Below, piece after piece: positions 40,150-52,061 of a stretch of 64,000 nt of DNA (positions within the stretch are counted from its first letter, which is position 1; every line of letters begins with the position of its first letter). The notes beneath the pieces are model-generated. The model ran no database searches, was not told the origin of the DNA, and worked only from the letters and a program-made list of their open reading frames with translations. The translations under genes and the position numbers were made by a program. This DNA comes from Camelus ferus (taxonomy: Eukaryota): positions 23,252,001 through 23,316,000 of the forward strand of contig NC_045697.1 in assembly GCF_009834535.1 (NCBI RefSeq), read 5' to 3'.

Positions 40150-43100
40150 GGAAGACTTTGCTGTTGAGGACCTCAACAGCCCCCATGACATTGGCAGACT
40201 CCCTGCGACATTCACATTGAAGGACCCAGTAGTGTTTGCACAGACCCCAGCAGTCTGCTCTACGGAGGAAACCAGCAGTTTCTGCCACGGTGGTACCGAA
40301 TAGCCATCACCTCTACGTGCCCTTCAGAGAGGGAGGCGCTGATGCACTCCTCCACCTCCCTAGTCCCCCAAGAAGCTGCTGCTGAACCATCACGGAACAA
40401 AGGCTAGTAGCCTCCTCCAACCCCACACATGCCCTGGAACCGGGAGCCATGGTTGATCTGGGGGCATTTGCACTTGAAAGCCTGGCTCTGAGGCCACTCC
40501 AGGCACATTCCAGAACCTAGACCCCATCCCTGTCTCCATGGCTGCTTCACATGCTCCTAAAACCCAGCACTGGAGCTACTGCCTTCACGGGCTAGCCAGT
40601 GTCCCGGGCCTCAGTGTCATATCTCATTGCAGGAGTGCCCAAAGTCTGAATCTGCCTCCATGGCTGTTCCACAGGCAACTGCACATCAGACATCTGTGCC
40701 ACCGTCGCTGCAGGGTGCCCACAGCTGGACACGGTGGCAGCAGGGATCCCTTCAGCCACATGATCCTCCATGGAGAAAAAGAGATCAGTGGCCCCCAGCA
40801 ACCTTCACCATCAAAGACCCCAAGAGCGCTTACTAGACACTTGCAGCCTTTGCTCCTTGAGGATCCCTGCAGTCTTCCCCAAGGCTGGCCTCAGCTGACT
40901 GAGCTGCATGGAGACTATGCAGCTGAGCCTCTCCTGGAGCTGAAACTGCCACGGCCCAACCAACTGGCCCCCTCATGCCCATCTGCAAGTAAAGTCTATC
41001 CCATCAATACCAGTTCCCAGAGTTCGGGCAATGTAACTGACTGCTCCATCCGATGTGCAGACATCAACGCTAGTCTGCCCAAGAAAAAAGATAAAAGATT
41101 CATACTGCCATAATCAGGAATGAAAGAGGATACATTCTTAACAATTTTACGAGGTAAAAAGTATTTTAAAGGAATACTATGGAGAACTCTATATTATAAA
41201 ATTACATAACAGATAAAATGGACAAATTCCTAGAAAATTACGAGCAGCCAAAAGTTACTCAAGAAGAAATAGAGTATCTGAATAGACCTAGAACAATAAA
41301 ATAAATTGAATTATTAATTAAAAATTTCTCCCAAAGGAAAGCTCAGGCCCAGGAAACTTCACTGGTGAATTCAACCAAACATTAAAAAAATTAATTCAAT
41401 TTTTCACAAACCCTTAAAAATGAAAAAGAGAAGAGAATATTTTCTTACTTATTCTATGAGGTCAGTATTACCTTGATACCAAAACTAGACAAAGATATAT
41501 ACAAAAAATAAAACTAAAGAACAATATTTGTTATAAATGTAGTTACAAAAATCCTCCACAAAATACTTGCAAACCAAATCCAGCAATATATTAAAAGGTT
41601 TACACATCAAGGACAAGTAGGATTTATCTCAGGAATGCAATGTAGGGTTTAAAATCTGAATATTAATTATTATAATACACCACATCAATAGAATAAAAGA
41701 GAAAATCATATGATCATCTAAATAGACATAGAAAAAGCATTTGACATATCCAACACGCTTTCATGGAAAAAACCAAAAAAAACAAAAACAAAAAAACCTC
41801 AGCAAGCTAGGAATAGGAGATCTCCTCAACTGATAAAGGGTATCTAAGAAAAGTTCACAGCTAACATCATACTTAATGGTCAAAGACAGAATGCTTTCCC
41901 CTTACGAGCAGAAACAATACAAAATTTTATGCTCTACCCCTTTCATGCAACATTTTACTGAAGAGTCTAACCAGAGAAATGAGACAAGATAAAAAAAAAT
42001 TAAGCATCTAGTTTGGAAAGGAAGAGGTGAAACCATCTCTACTTGCAGATGATATGAGTTTACGATAAAAAATCTGAATGAAGCCACATAAAACTATTAG
42101 AACTAATAAACTAGTTCTATAAGATAGTAGGACACAAGATTAACAGACAAGATTGAATTTTATTTCACACTAGCATTGAAAATCTGAAAACTATATTTAA
42201 AAAAACTATTCAATTTATTATGGCATCAAAAAGAATAAAATACTTAGTAACATATTGAACAAATAATTGCAAAACTTATACTCTAAAATTTATAAAAGAT
42301 TGCTGAAAGAAACTAAAGACCTAAATAAATGGAGAAGACAACCTCTGTTTATGGATCAGAAGGCTTATAATAGTAAGAAGACAATATTCCATAAATCGAT
42401 CTGAAGGCTTAATCCAACCTCTATGAAAATGTCACATGGCTCCTTTGTATATTTGACAAGCTGATCCTAAAATTAATATGAAAATTAAATGGATCCTTAT
42501 TAGCTAAAATATCTTGTAAAAAAGAATGATTAGGATACTTCCATTTCCCAATTTCAAAATTTACTTCAAGCTATAGTAAGTAAAGAATGATACTAGTTTA
42601 AGTATAGTCATATAGATTAGTAGATTAGAATTGATAATCATGAAATAAACCTCATGTTTATGGTCAATGGACTTTTGACAAAGGTGGTAAGACAATTAAA
42701 TGGGAGGAAGAAGATTAATAGCTCTTTTAACAAATGATGCCAGGACAACTGGATATACACATCCAACAGCCACATTAAGTAATTAATTAAATCCATTAAA
42801 CTGGATGCCTTCCTCATACCATACATGAAATTTAAATGAAATTTATCATAGTCCTAAATGTAAGAGTTCAAACTTAAAAACTCTTAGAAGAAAATACAGG
42901 TAAATTTTTGTCCCCTAGGGTTAGGTCAATGATTTCTTATATACATATAACCAAAATTGCAAATGACAAAAGAAGAATAATTAAAATTCAAAAAGGTACC
43001 ATCAAAAAAGTTTAATGCCAATGCACAGAATGGAAAAAATATTTACAAATGATATCTCTGATAACATTTTATTTAGACTATAAAAAGAACACTTAAAATT

Positions 43101-43950
43101 CAATAATAAAATGATAAATATTCCAAATAAAGTTGAGCAAAGTATCTGAATGAACATTTCTCAGAAATACAAATGGCCATAGTAAAAGTTGGTCAACATT
43201 GTTAGTCAAAAATGGAATGTAAGTAATGAACACAATGAGGGCTTGCATCATACCCACTAGGATGACCATAATTTTTTTAAGTTTTTTAAAAATCTACTTA
43301 CAAATGTGAGGGTGTGGAGAAACTGGAACACTCATATACTGTTGCACACAAATTGCTCCCTTTTCCTTGGAAAATAGTCTGGCATTTCCTCCAAGTTTAA
43401 AAATATAGTTTCCATATGTCCCAGCAATCTCATCCTAGGTATATACCTAAGAGTAATGAAGGCATAAATCCACACAATAACTTCTACATGAATGTTTGTG
43501 ACACTATTCATAATAGTTCCAAAGTGGAAACCACTTAAATGTCTATCAGCTGATGAATTGATGAATATATGGTATATCCATAAAATGGAATATTATTAAT
43601 CAGTGTAAAGGAATGAAGTACTGATGATATAACATGGATGAACCTTGGAAACACTCTAACTGAAATAAGCCAGCCACAAACATCACATATTGTCCAATTC
43701 TTTTTACAATTTACATCTTCTTTTAATATCCAGAATAGGAAAATTCATAGAAATAAAAAATTATTATGCCTTGAGGAGTTGGTGGTAAATGGAGAATGAC
43801 TGCTAAGGATATGTGTTTTTGTATGGAGTGATGAACATGTTCTAAAATTTATTAAGGTGATTGTTTTAATTCTGGAAAACAATTTGATGATAAACTTTAA
43901 ATTGGTGACTTGTATGATACATGAATTATATCTCAATATAGCTGTTATAT
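40150..43950 (+). mobile_element. L1MB-type LINE-1: GC-rich 5'UTR joined to mid-ORF2, through RT and C-terminus to 3'UTR
   Basis: GC-rich 40150-41068 ends gatgtgcagacatcaac. ORF2 follows (atggacaaattcctagaaa, ttcactggtgaattc, ttgcagatgatatg = FADDM-like RT core near 42043). The L1MB7/8-like 3'UTR ends gaattatatctcaatatagctgtt. Confidence 0.92.
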
Positions 43951-44929
43951 AGTTTTAAAAAGAACACCCTAGTGGAAAGAAAGAGTAGAAGAATTATCTA
44001 AAATAGAAATTAATTAAATTGTTAGGTTTTTTGCTATAAAACATTGACTAGTGATTCCCCACAGGGAAGCTAGAAGATATGGAATGTTTGGGCAATTCTT
44101 ATTCTTATCACAATGCATATTTGGTTTTTTAAAGTCTTGGGCTATGTTTTATTTTTGTCTGAATTGTCCATACAAGAATTTCTAGTCATATTTTTTACAA
44201 AATGCACCATCTTCCCTGAAAACAATTTAGGCTAACAAATGCATACAGTTAGATAGGTGCAATATGCTTAAAACATATGTTCATTTTTACATCTTAGATT
44301 TCTATTTGGACTTTATAAATGTTCAGACTCTTCCAAATTCTAACTTATTATTTGAATATTCTAAGGGATTTGTAAGCAACTCTCTAATATTTTTTAATAA
44401 GTATGTGATTCTGCAGAAACTAATTAAACATCCGTGAACATTACTTAAGCTATACAAATTATACTAGAAACCTGTATAAACTCTCTTAGAATTAGCATCA
44501 CAGTAGAATCAATGAATAGAACAAAACGAATGAGCTAAAATAAAAATAAAATCAGAAATCTGGAAACACAGTTCATTGCATTATCTGAAGTTTGAAAATA
44601 AAGCTACATGTCTAAACATATGATCTCATAATCAATTAAAATATTTACACATAACAAAATATACAGAATAGAAACAAATAGAAGTTTGGTGCTAAAGACA
44701 ATCTCAGAATTAATCAATATGCAGTTGTTTTGCATAGTAGTATGGGACTCTAAAAATGACTGTGAAAGCTAAAATTATGGAAAATGATCTAATTAATAAG
44801 TGTGAAAAATTATAATTGTTCCATAATCCATTAAAATTTTCAAAATAATAATAAGTGTAAAAGAAAATGAAAAATAGAATTAATATTTATTTGATACACT
44901 GTTATCTAAAACATTAAAGTTACTTATTT

Positions 44930-45720
44930 AAAAATATATACATCAAGAATTATTTGAACAATGCTTGCCTTCTTTTTATCATGTAACTTTTAACATGGAG
45001 TGACCATCTTTTCAATGACTCAGCAGATTGTCTTACTCCTTTCTAAATGTGGATTGGCTACCCATATTATAATCCTTTGTACTTTCAATGTCGTGAAGTA
45101 TCATCTCTGACACTTTGATGTAAAATAGTTTGCTGGCGTCACTTTCTCTAGGGCATCTTCATCTTTTTTGTTGCAATCACTTTCCTCATTTTTGTTGGTA
45201 AGTCTACTTTCACTATGTTCCTCTAGGGTCTCTAGAAAGGCAACCCTATCAACATTTCCAAGGTCAGGTATTTTCTCTATAACTCCATTTATGTTTTAAT
45301 TATAATTTCTCATTCATGTTATCACTTTTCTTTTCTTGACCACAGTTTCAATTTTGTCAATTACCACTTGAATTATCTATTTTGTAATGTATTTACATTG
45401 TCAAGTAAGAAACCAGCAAAACTACACACTTCTTGTCTGTGCATGAACTGAATAATGGCTGAATAAGGAGCAATCTTTGACAGACTTGAAAGGAGTGACA
45501 TGATTTGTTACTGACCATAGTGTACATCTATTATTTATGTAGTTAGTGATTCATTTGTAGACTGACATAGCAAAGTTTATACTTTATATAATTACTGACC
45601 AATAATACACCATGGTAAGTGAAATATGAACCATGTTACTGGGGACTGGTGTTACTTAACTAAACTATGGTAGCTAAAACCTGTGAATATAGCACTGTAG
45701 CAATGTGAGGATGATACTGG
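44930..45720 (-). mobile_element. Tigger13a-like TcMar-Tigger remnant
   Basis: Minus strand starts cagtatcatcctcacattgc ... tagttaagtaacaccagtcccc and encodes a decayed transposase tail (GNVD...NEESDCNKKDEDALEKVTPA). Confidence 0.75.
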
Positions 45721-45724
45721 ACTT

Positions 45725-45855
45725 CACGTGAGAATTCATTAAAAATTCAGAATATTAGATCCCAGACAGGACTTACTAAATCAGAACAATTTAAAAAAGA
45801 TAACTAGGTTATAAATATGTATGTTGAATAAACTTTGAGAATCAGTAATCTAGAT
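45725..45855. mobile_element. MER5-type hAT MITE fragment
   Basis: taaaaattcagaat ... acttactaaatcagaa ... aaactttgagaatcagtaatctaga. Confidence 0.5.
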
Positions 45856-45899
45856 TAACAACTATTACTCACTAATTGACTTTCATTTATAGAATTTTT

Positions 45900-46420
45900 T
45901 ATTAGAAATTATCTACCTACAAAAGAACTTAATAGAAAATTAGTAATATTTATAAAATTACAAGAACTCTTATGATCCCATGCTCCTCTCTCACCTCAAA
46001 TGTAACCACTATTTTGAAATTTTTATTTAGCCTTTTCATGTTTTTATTTATGTATTTTAACAAATATATGTCCTTAAAGTATTTTTCAGTAGTCTATTTT
46101 CAATTTTATATGAATGAAATCACACTGTTGGTATTTTCATTCACTCGCTTTTTTATTCACCAGTATGTTCCTGAGATTCATGCATATTAATTGTATTGCT
46201 TTACCTCAGCTCATTTATTTTCACTGTGGGATAAAATTCAATGATATGAATATACCAAAATTTATTTATTAATTCTCTAGCTAATGCATACTTAAACTCG
46301 GTTCAGTTTGGAGCTAGAACAACATTACTGCTGTGAAACTTCTTGTATGCATCTCTGGAATGTATGTCTAGAAATTGAAATTGCTATGTCATAAATTATA
46401 TACATTATATGGCTATAAAA
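45900..46420 (-). mobile_element. Old L1ME 3' fragment
   Basis: gtaaccactattttgaa ... ttttatatgaatgaaatcacactg ... ctgagattcatgcat is a reverse L1ME 3'UTR. Confidence 0.75.
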
Positions 46421-47949
46421 GTTTCTAAATATTTACTCTTACCTTATGTATTAACTTCATAATGAACTGGTAACAGTTCACAGAGTAGTACAAATCTCCA
46501 CCTATAATTTAAATAGTACTGAATTATAGTGAATTGATTACATTGAATTCACTGGGGAAAAATAAATACAAAATATAGTCAATTACAGATTTTTTTTTCA
46601 TGCTAGCATTTTATGATTCTTTTCAGCCCAGCCAGCCAATTAGATGGATAATGCATTCACAGGCTAGGTTATTTCTATTTATTAATTTATTATTTTGCAA
46701 TTTCAACATTTTTTAGTTGTATGACTATTGCATATCACAAACTGATAAATGCTGAATGTGTGTGTATATGTATATGGCATGGTTTTCATCTCCTCCTAAA
46801 ATACCAAAGAACAACTAGAGCCATTTACTTAGAAGTTGCCAGCCTGTCTTAAATTAACAACAAGGAAAAAGCCTAACAGACTGAAAAATCAACAACTCCT
46901 TGGATCCACAAGAAAGGTAAGAACACAAGGCAAACTGTTGCCTCCAATGTTAGAGAGACAAGCATTTTCTAATTAATTAGATAATTAATTAGGTAGTAGC
47001 AAAATTTCTGAAGTTAAATCTTGAAATTGAATTGAATAATGTCTCACTTAGTCCATAAAGACAGTGAACAGAGAAAATCTGTTATTTTACCATATGCTAT
47101 ATATATAGTTAACCACAAGCATCTAACTCTCATTGGCCAACAAAAGAATGAGCAAGACTAGGCAGAGTCCACTTCCATTCATCTTCAATGTGTAAAGCAA
47201 AGGCTTATTCAGGCCAGGGTACTACCCATGCAGTGAACAGATAGGTGCATATCTTTATCTCCCTGGCAGAGAAGACTCAGAGTAGCACGGTGTAGTAGCT
47301 TTGTTTAGGACCACGCTGTTTATTTTGGGATACAAAAAGTACCCTGCTTACTTCTCGCTTCTCACTGAGCAAAGCACAGCATGGCTTCCCACAGGGTCTT
47401 ACTTTTATGCTGCAAAAGCAAATTCAAAGATGCCTTCTACAAAGCCCACAAGCACTGAGTCAGGGAACTTGGAAAGAGGCTCAGAGAGAATGGCAGCTGC
47501 TCAGGAGGGAGAGCACATCACTGGTTACATGTGAGCTGTCCAGATGTGGAGTTGATATTGCCAATCTGAAAGAGACTAGATGACTGGAGTACCTGGGAAA
47601 AAAGTCCCAAGTTACCTTTACTTCTGGGACGGTCTTCTGAACTCACAGTGACAGCAGAATTCAGCTTTGCGTGTCACTTGTTATCAGTCCCTCGCACATA
47701 GTTAGATGACAGCAATCACCCCACAGTAACCCCTGCAACCCTATGCATAGTTACTTAAATCAGCATACTCAGTGATACCATGACAAGCACCGAAACTCTC
47801 TTTACTGCGATGCAATGCTGTTCTCTGATTTTATGGTGTAATACTATGCACAGAGGGGTCCTGTGGTATTTGGATAACATCATTCCCTTCAATTTGTTGC
47901 CAGAGTCACTTCAAATACTGAACACCTTAAAAGTCGCAATACTGGTTAC

Positions 47950-48190
47950 ATAGTGAGCAGTTCCTCACTGGCTAAGCCCTGTACTAAATATTTTTCAAAT
48001 ATTATTCATGAAATCTTCACAACTTCTCTATGAGGTAGTATTATCATTACCTTTTACAAAGAAGGAAACCAATTGTTTAGAGTTTGGAGGGAATAAAATC
48101 CAAGCCTATTAGTGATATAGCCTGAGGTTTAATCAAATTTCTTAAACTTTAAGGTTTATTCTCAATAATCAACATGTAATATTGCTTCCT
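47950..48190 (-). mobile_element. MIR SINE
   Basis: aatcttcacaacttctctatgaggtagtattatcattaccttttacaaagaaggaaacc. Confidence 0.75.
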
Positions 48191-49138
48191 TATATCAACA
48201 CTGTTACTTTAACTTTAAATGAATGCCTACTTTATTGAAAATTACATAAAGAGTCTGCCCAGACTACTAATACTGGATAGACAACCATGGACAACCTCAG
48301 TGAATATACTAATAATGAGATATGATGAAGAAATTAGTAAGATTAGAAAAAGCACCCAGGCAATCAAGCAATAATGATATATAAAATATTTGTAATGAAA
48401 TATTCTAAGGGCTCAAAAATAAACACTAGTAAATATAGTAAGTTCTACACATAGGTATCACTAATCATTAGCTATATGCAATCAATTTCTTCTTTGCAGA
48501 TGGGAAAAGAAAAACCAGAAATCACAATTTCAATGGAACATTAAAACAGAAGGGAAGTTCAGATCATTATCTCTCATACATAAAATTATAAATTTGGAAT
48601 TTTTAGTAAATATACTCGGTGCACAGGTATATAAATGCACATTTAACCATTTATTTTTTTCTGGAACCTAATAACTTCATCATTATTTTAAACATATCTT
48701 GCACTCATAAGTAGACTATGATGTTTTCTTGATTCCTTTTTGTTTCTTATGCCATTTCTTGAAAAATTCTAGATTTTCTTGCTTCCTATTTCTCTTCTTA
48801 TTAGTAGCAGGGAAGGAGCAAGTAAAATACACATTAATAACCAAGATGAAGTTATAAGCATACTGGGATTTATCAACAGAGACCATATTTCCAACAAGTT
48901 GCAAAGCACCTTTTCTGGTATATTTCCTCTAAAACTACTCCTCCCCTAACTCCATCTCTTCTTTCTTCTCTGTCAAATTTCTTAAAGCCTTTAAAATTCT
49001 TATTTTTTCTCTAAGTACCATTCCAAATACCAGCCTCTTCCTACTTAAAAAATAAAATCTCTCATTATGTATTATTTACCAGCATGTATTTTTCTGTTGT
49101 GGCATTGATCGATCTTACGCCACTTTGTCATATATACG

Positions 49139-49141
<3 letters not shown>

Positions 49142-49180
<39 letters not shown>
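49142..49180. repeat. (CA)19 microsatellite
   Basis: Perfect AC repeat. Confidence 0.98.
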
Positions 49181-49181
<1 letters not shown>

Positions 49182-49964
49182 TTTAGTCTTGCTCTTGCCA
49201 TCACCTTTAATAAATTGCAAATGGTAAAATATTTTTCTAGGTATCTTATATTCTTAGCAGCATTGAGTAGAAAAAGAGTATGGGTATATGACAAAGAATA
49301 AATTTATAATTTAATTAGGCATTAAAAATTAAAAATGGAAAACACTAACTTTTGGCTATGATATATAGTAATATAAAAATAAATTATTTCTCAAATTTAA
49401 TTTGAACGAACTCCCTTTTTGAGGGTTTTAGCAATTCAATAAACTTTCTTATATTAAAATTTAAAAGTTCTCAAAGCTGATAATGTACTACTATTAATAG
49501 ATTGGTCATATAGACTGACTGTAACTCATTATTAATAGCAATGACCACTGTTAAAATGTAACTTTCTGTTCCAAGTATGCTGATCTACATGATACAATAA
49601 TAGTTTAAGGTTGTCCAATTGTAAGTATAGATTATTTTTATAGGAAACTATGAATAGTGTTTATTCATCATCAATATTTCCGATTTTTATACCTTTCAAG
49701 ATGGTGAACCTCTTGACATTCTACATGTCTTCTGAAAAATAGTAAGAAACCTCCCTAACACACTGAAAATTCAGGAAGAAAAGAAAAAAACAAGTCTCTT
49801 TTGATAATGGACAACCAAGAGTGAAGCTGCTATAACATAGATGCAGAGTGCAAATTTATAAAATTTGTAAAATGTGACTTGTAAACTAAGAAATCAAAGT
49901 GGCACTAGGTTGATAGCTCTACCTTAAATTTAATAGAACCAAGTTCAAAACTTCTCTAATGAAA

Positions 49965-50480
49965 AGCACATCCCACCATTTATGACAACACGGGCGAAAC
50001 TTCAGGGCAATATGCTAGGTGAAATAAGTCAAAGACAAATGCTATATAATCTCATATGTGGACTCTGAAGACAAACAAAAAACAAAAACCAGACTCGTGG
50101 AAAAAAGAAATCAGATTTGTGTTGAGAGGTGGGAAGTAGCTGGGGAAGTTGAAGGTGTCAAAAGGTGCAAACTTTCAGTTATAAGATGAGTAGGCACTGG
50201 GGGTGTAATCTACCACATGGTGAATGTAGTTAACACTGCTGTATGGTTCATGTTAAAGTCAGCAAGAGAGTAGACCTCAAAGTTCTCATTCCAAGGAAAA
50301 AAAAAAAGGTGTTGTTTTTTTTTTTGCTCTTTTTATACCTATATGAGATGATGGATGCTAACTAAACTTATTTTGGTAATCATTTTACAATACATGTAAA
50401 TCAAGTCATTATGATATATACCTTAAACTTATACAGTGCTATATGTCAAATATATCTCAAAAAATTTGAAAGAGAAAAAA
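49965..50480 (+). mobile_element. L1 3' end (L1MA10/L1MB1-like)
   Basis: tatgctaggtgaaataagtca ... aaactttcagttataagatgag ... taccttaaacttatacagtgctatatgtcaaatatatctcaa followed by an A-rich tail. Confidence 0.88.
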
Positions 50481-51768
50481 AGCATTATCTAGTTGTATCT
50501 TCAGAATCCCACAGATAATATTGAATAAAAATTATTCTTTAAAAAATTAAACAAATGAGGAAAGACACCATCATAAGTAGAAGTCAATAAAGACACAGAA
50601 AAGAGTCCAGTAAAATCAATTCTTAGGTTTAACTGTTACAGATGTAAAATATCTCCACATATTAGTTTTTAAAATAAAAAACATAAAAATAAGCAGGAAA
50701 TAAAATATCAAAAGGAAGAAAGTAGATTTTAAAAGTTCCAGTAAGTACTTTTAGAAATAAAAAATGATGACTTATTAACAACTAAATAGATATGTTCATA
50801 GCATAATAGGCAAAACTGAAGAATTACTAAACCAGAAAACATAACTAAAGACATTATGCAGAATTTAGCTCAGAAATATGAGATAAAAAATAGGAAACAG
50901 AGATTAAGAGAAACAGAGAACAGAATTAGAAGTGTAACATAAGTTACCATGATTCCACAAGCACAAAAGAGAGCTATTGAGCCAGAGAAAGTATTTGTTA
51001 TAATTTATAATGTTATCTCTTAAAACAATATTTAGATCCTCTCAGTAATGTGTATTAATAGTATCAAATATTATTCATGTTGCTTCTACACTTATCTCTC
51101 TGTGAATATCCCTGTCTCTATCTTTGTCTCTATTCATCCGTCATCTACAAAAGTGATTGACATGAATTATTTAATATTGCAAAACATGCATCTGTTGTGA
51201 ATTCAACACTAATTCCTGTATACTACTGAATTGACTCAAAGAGGATTAAAAAAAAGAATGTTAAGCACTCTGGAAAATTACACTTTCTTCTAGAAGAATG
51301 TATGCTATTTATGCTATTTGATATATTAATTAAATTGTGTTTTCCCTTACCTAAGTGTTTCAGTCATTCAAGACATTCTCACCCTCAGAAGTAATCTCTG
51401 TGTTCTGTTTAAGTGGAGGCACATGACAATCTGATTAGGTACATTTTTTTGTGTTTTTTTTTTTCAAGGATTTAAGACAAGTGATGTGGAAAGTAGCTTA
51501 AACAGGGCTAGTTACAAGAGTGGCTGTTGAGAGTTATGGGTCATAGGTGCCATCAGTGAGTCTGGAGAGAAAAAGCTACTCATTCTTAAAGAATGTCTTG
51601 TTTGTATAATTGTGATACTGTAGCACTTTCTAAGTGTAGTGCCCAGGGCAAGGGCCTTTCCTGACTGGTCTAAGAGTGGTACCAAGCACGACTTGGAAGA
51701 ATAATATACCGAAATGAAGATCAAGTTTATTTCTAGTAGGGAAAGAGTGTATGCTTCATCTATATTGG

Positions 51769-52061
51769 TGTCTTAGATCACTTAGACTGCTAAAACAGAA
51801 TACTAGGTTGCTTATAAAAACAGAAATTTACTTCTGATAGTTCTGGAGGCTGGGACGTCCAAGATCAAGGAATCTTCTAACTCTGACCTCTGAGGGGCAA
51901 GGGAGCTCTCTGGGTCTATTTTATAAGGCACTATTCCCATTCAAGAAGGTTCCATCTTCATGACCTATATCTTTCCCAAAGGCCCTCCTCCCAATACTAT
52001 CACATTGGGGATTAGATTTCAACATAAGAATTTTGGGGGTAAAAACATTCAATCTACAGCA
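51769..52061 (-). mobile_element. MLT1A/MLT1A0 solo LTR
   Basis: TG...CA termini; gttctggaggctgggacgtccaagatcaagg; aatactatcacattggggattagatttcaacat; 5-bp TSD attgg/attga. Confidence 0.9.

Noticed and set aside
40538..41113. Longest ORF (191 aa)
   Set aside because: Lies in the GC-rich L1 5'UTR where stops are rare; no recognisable domain; ends just past the deletion junction
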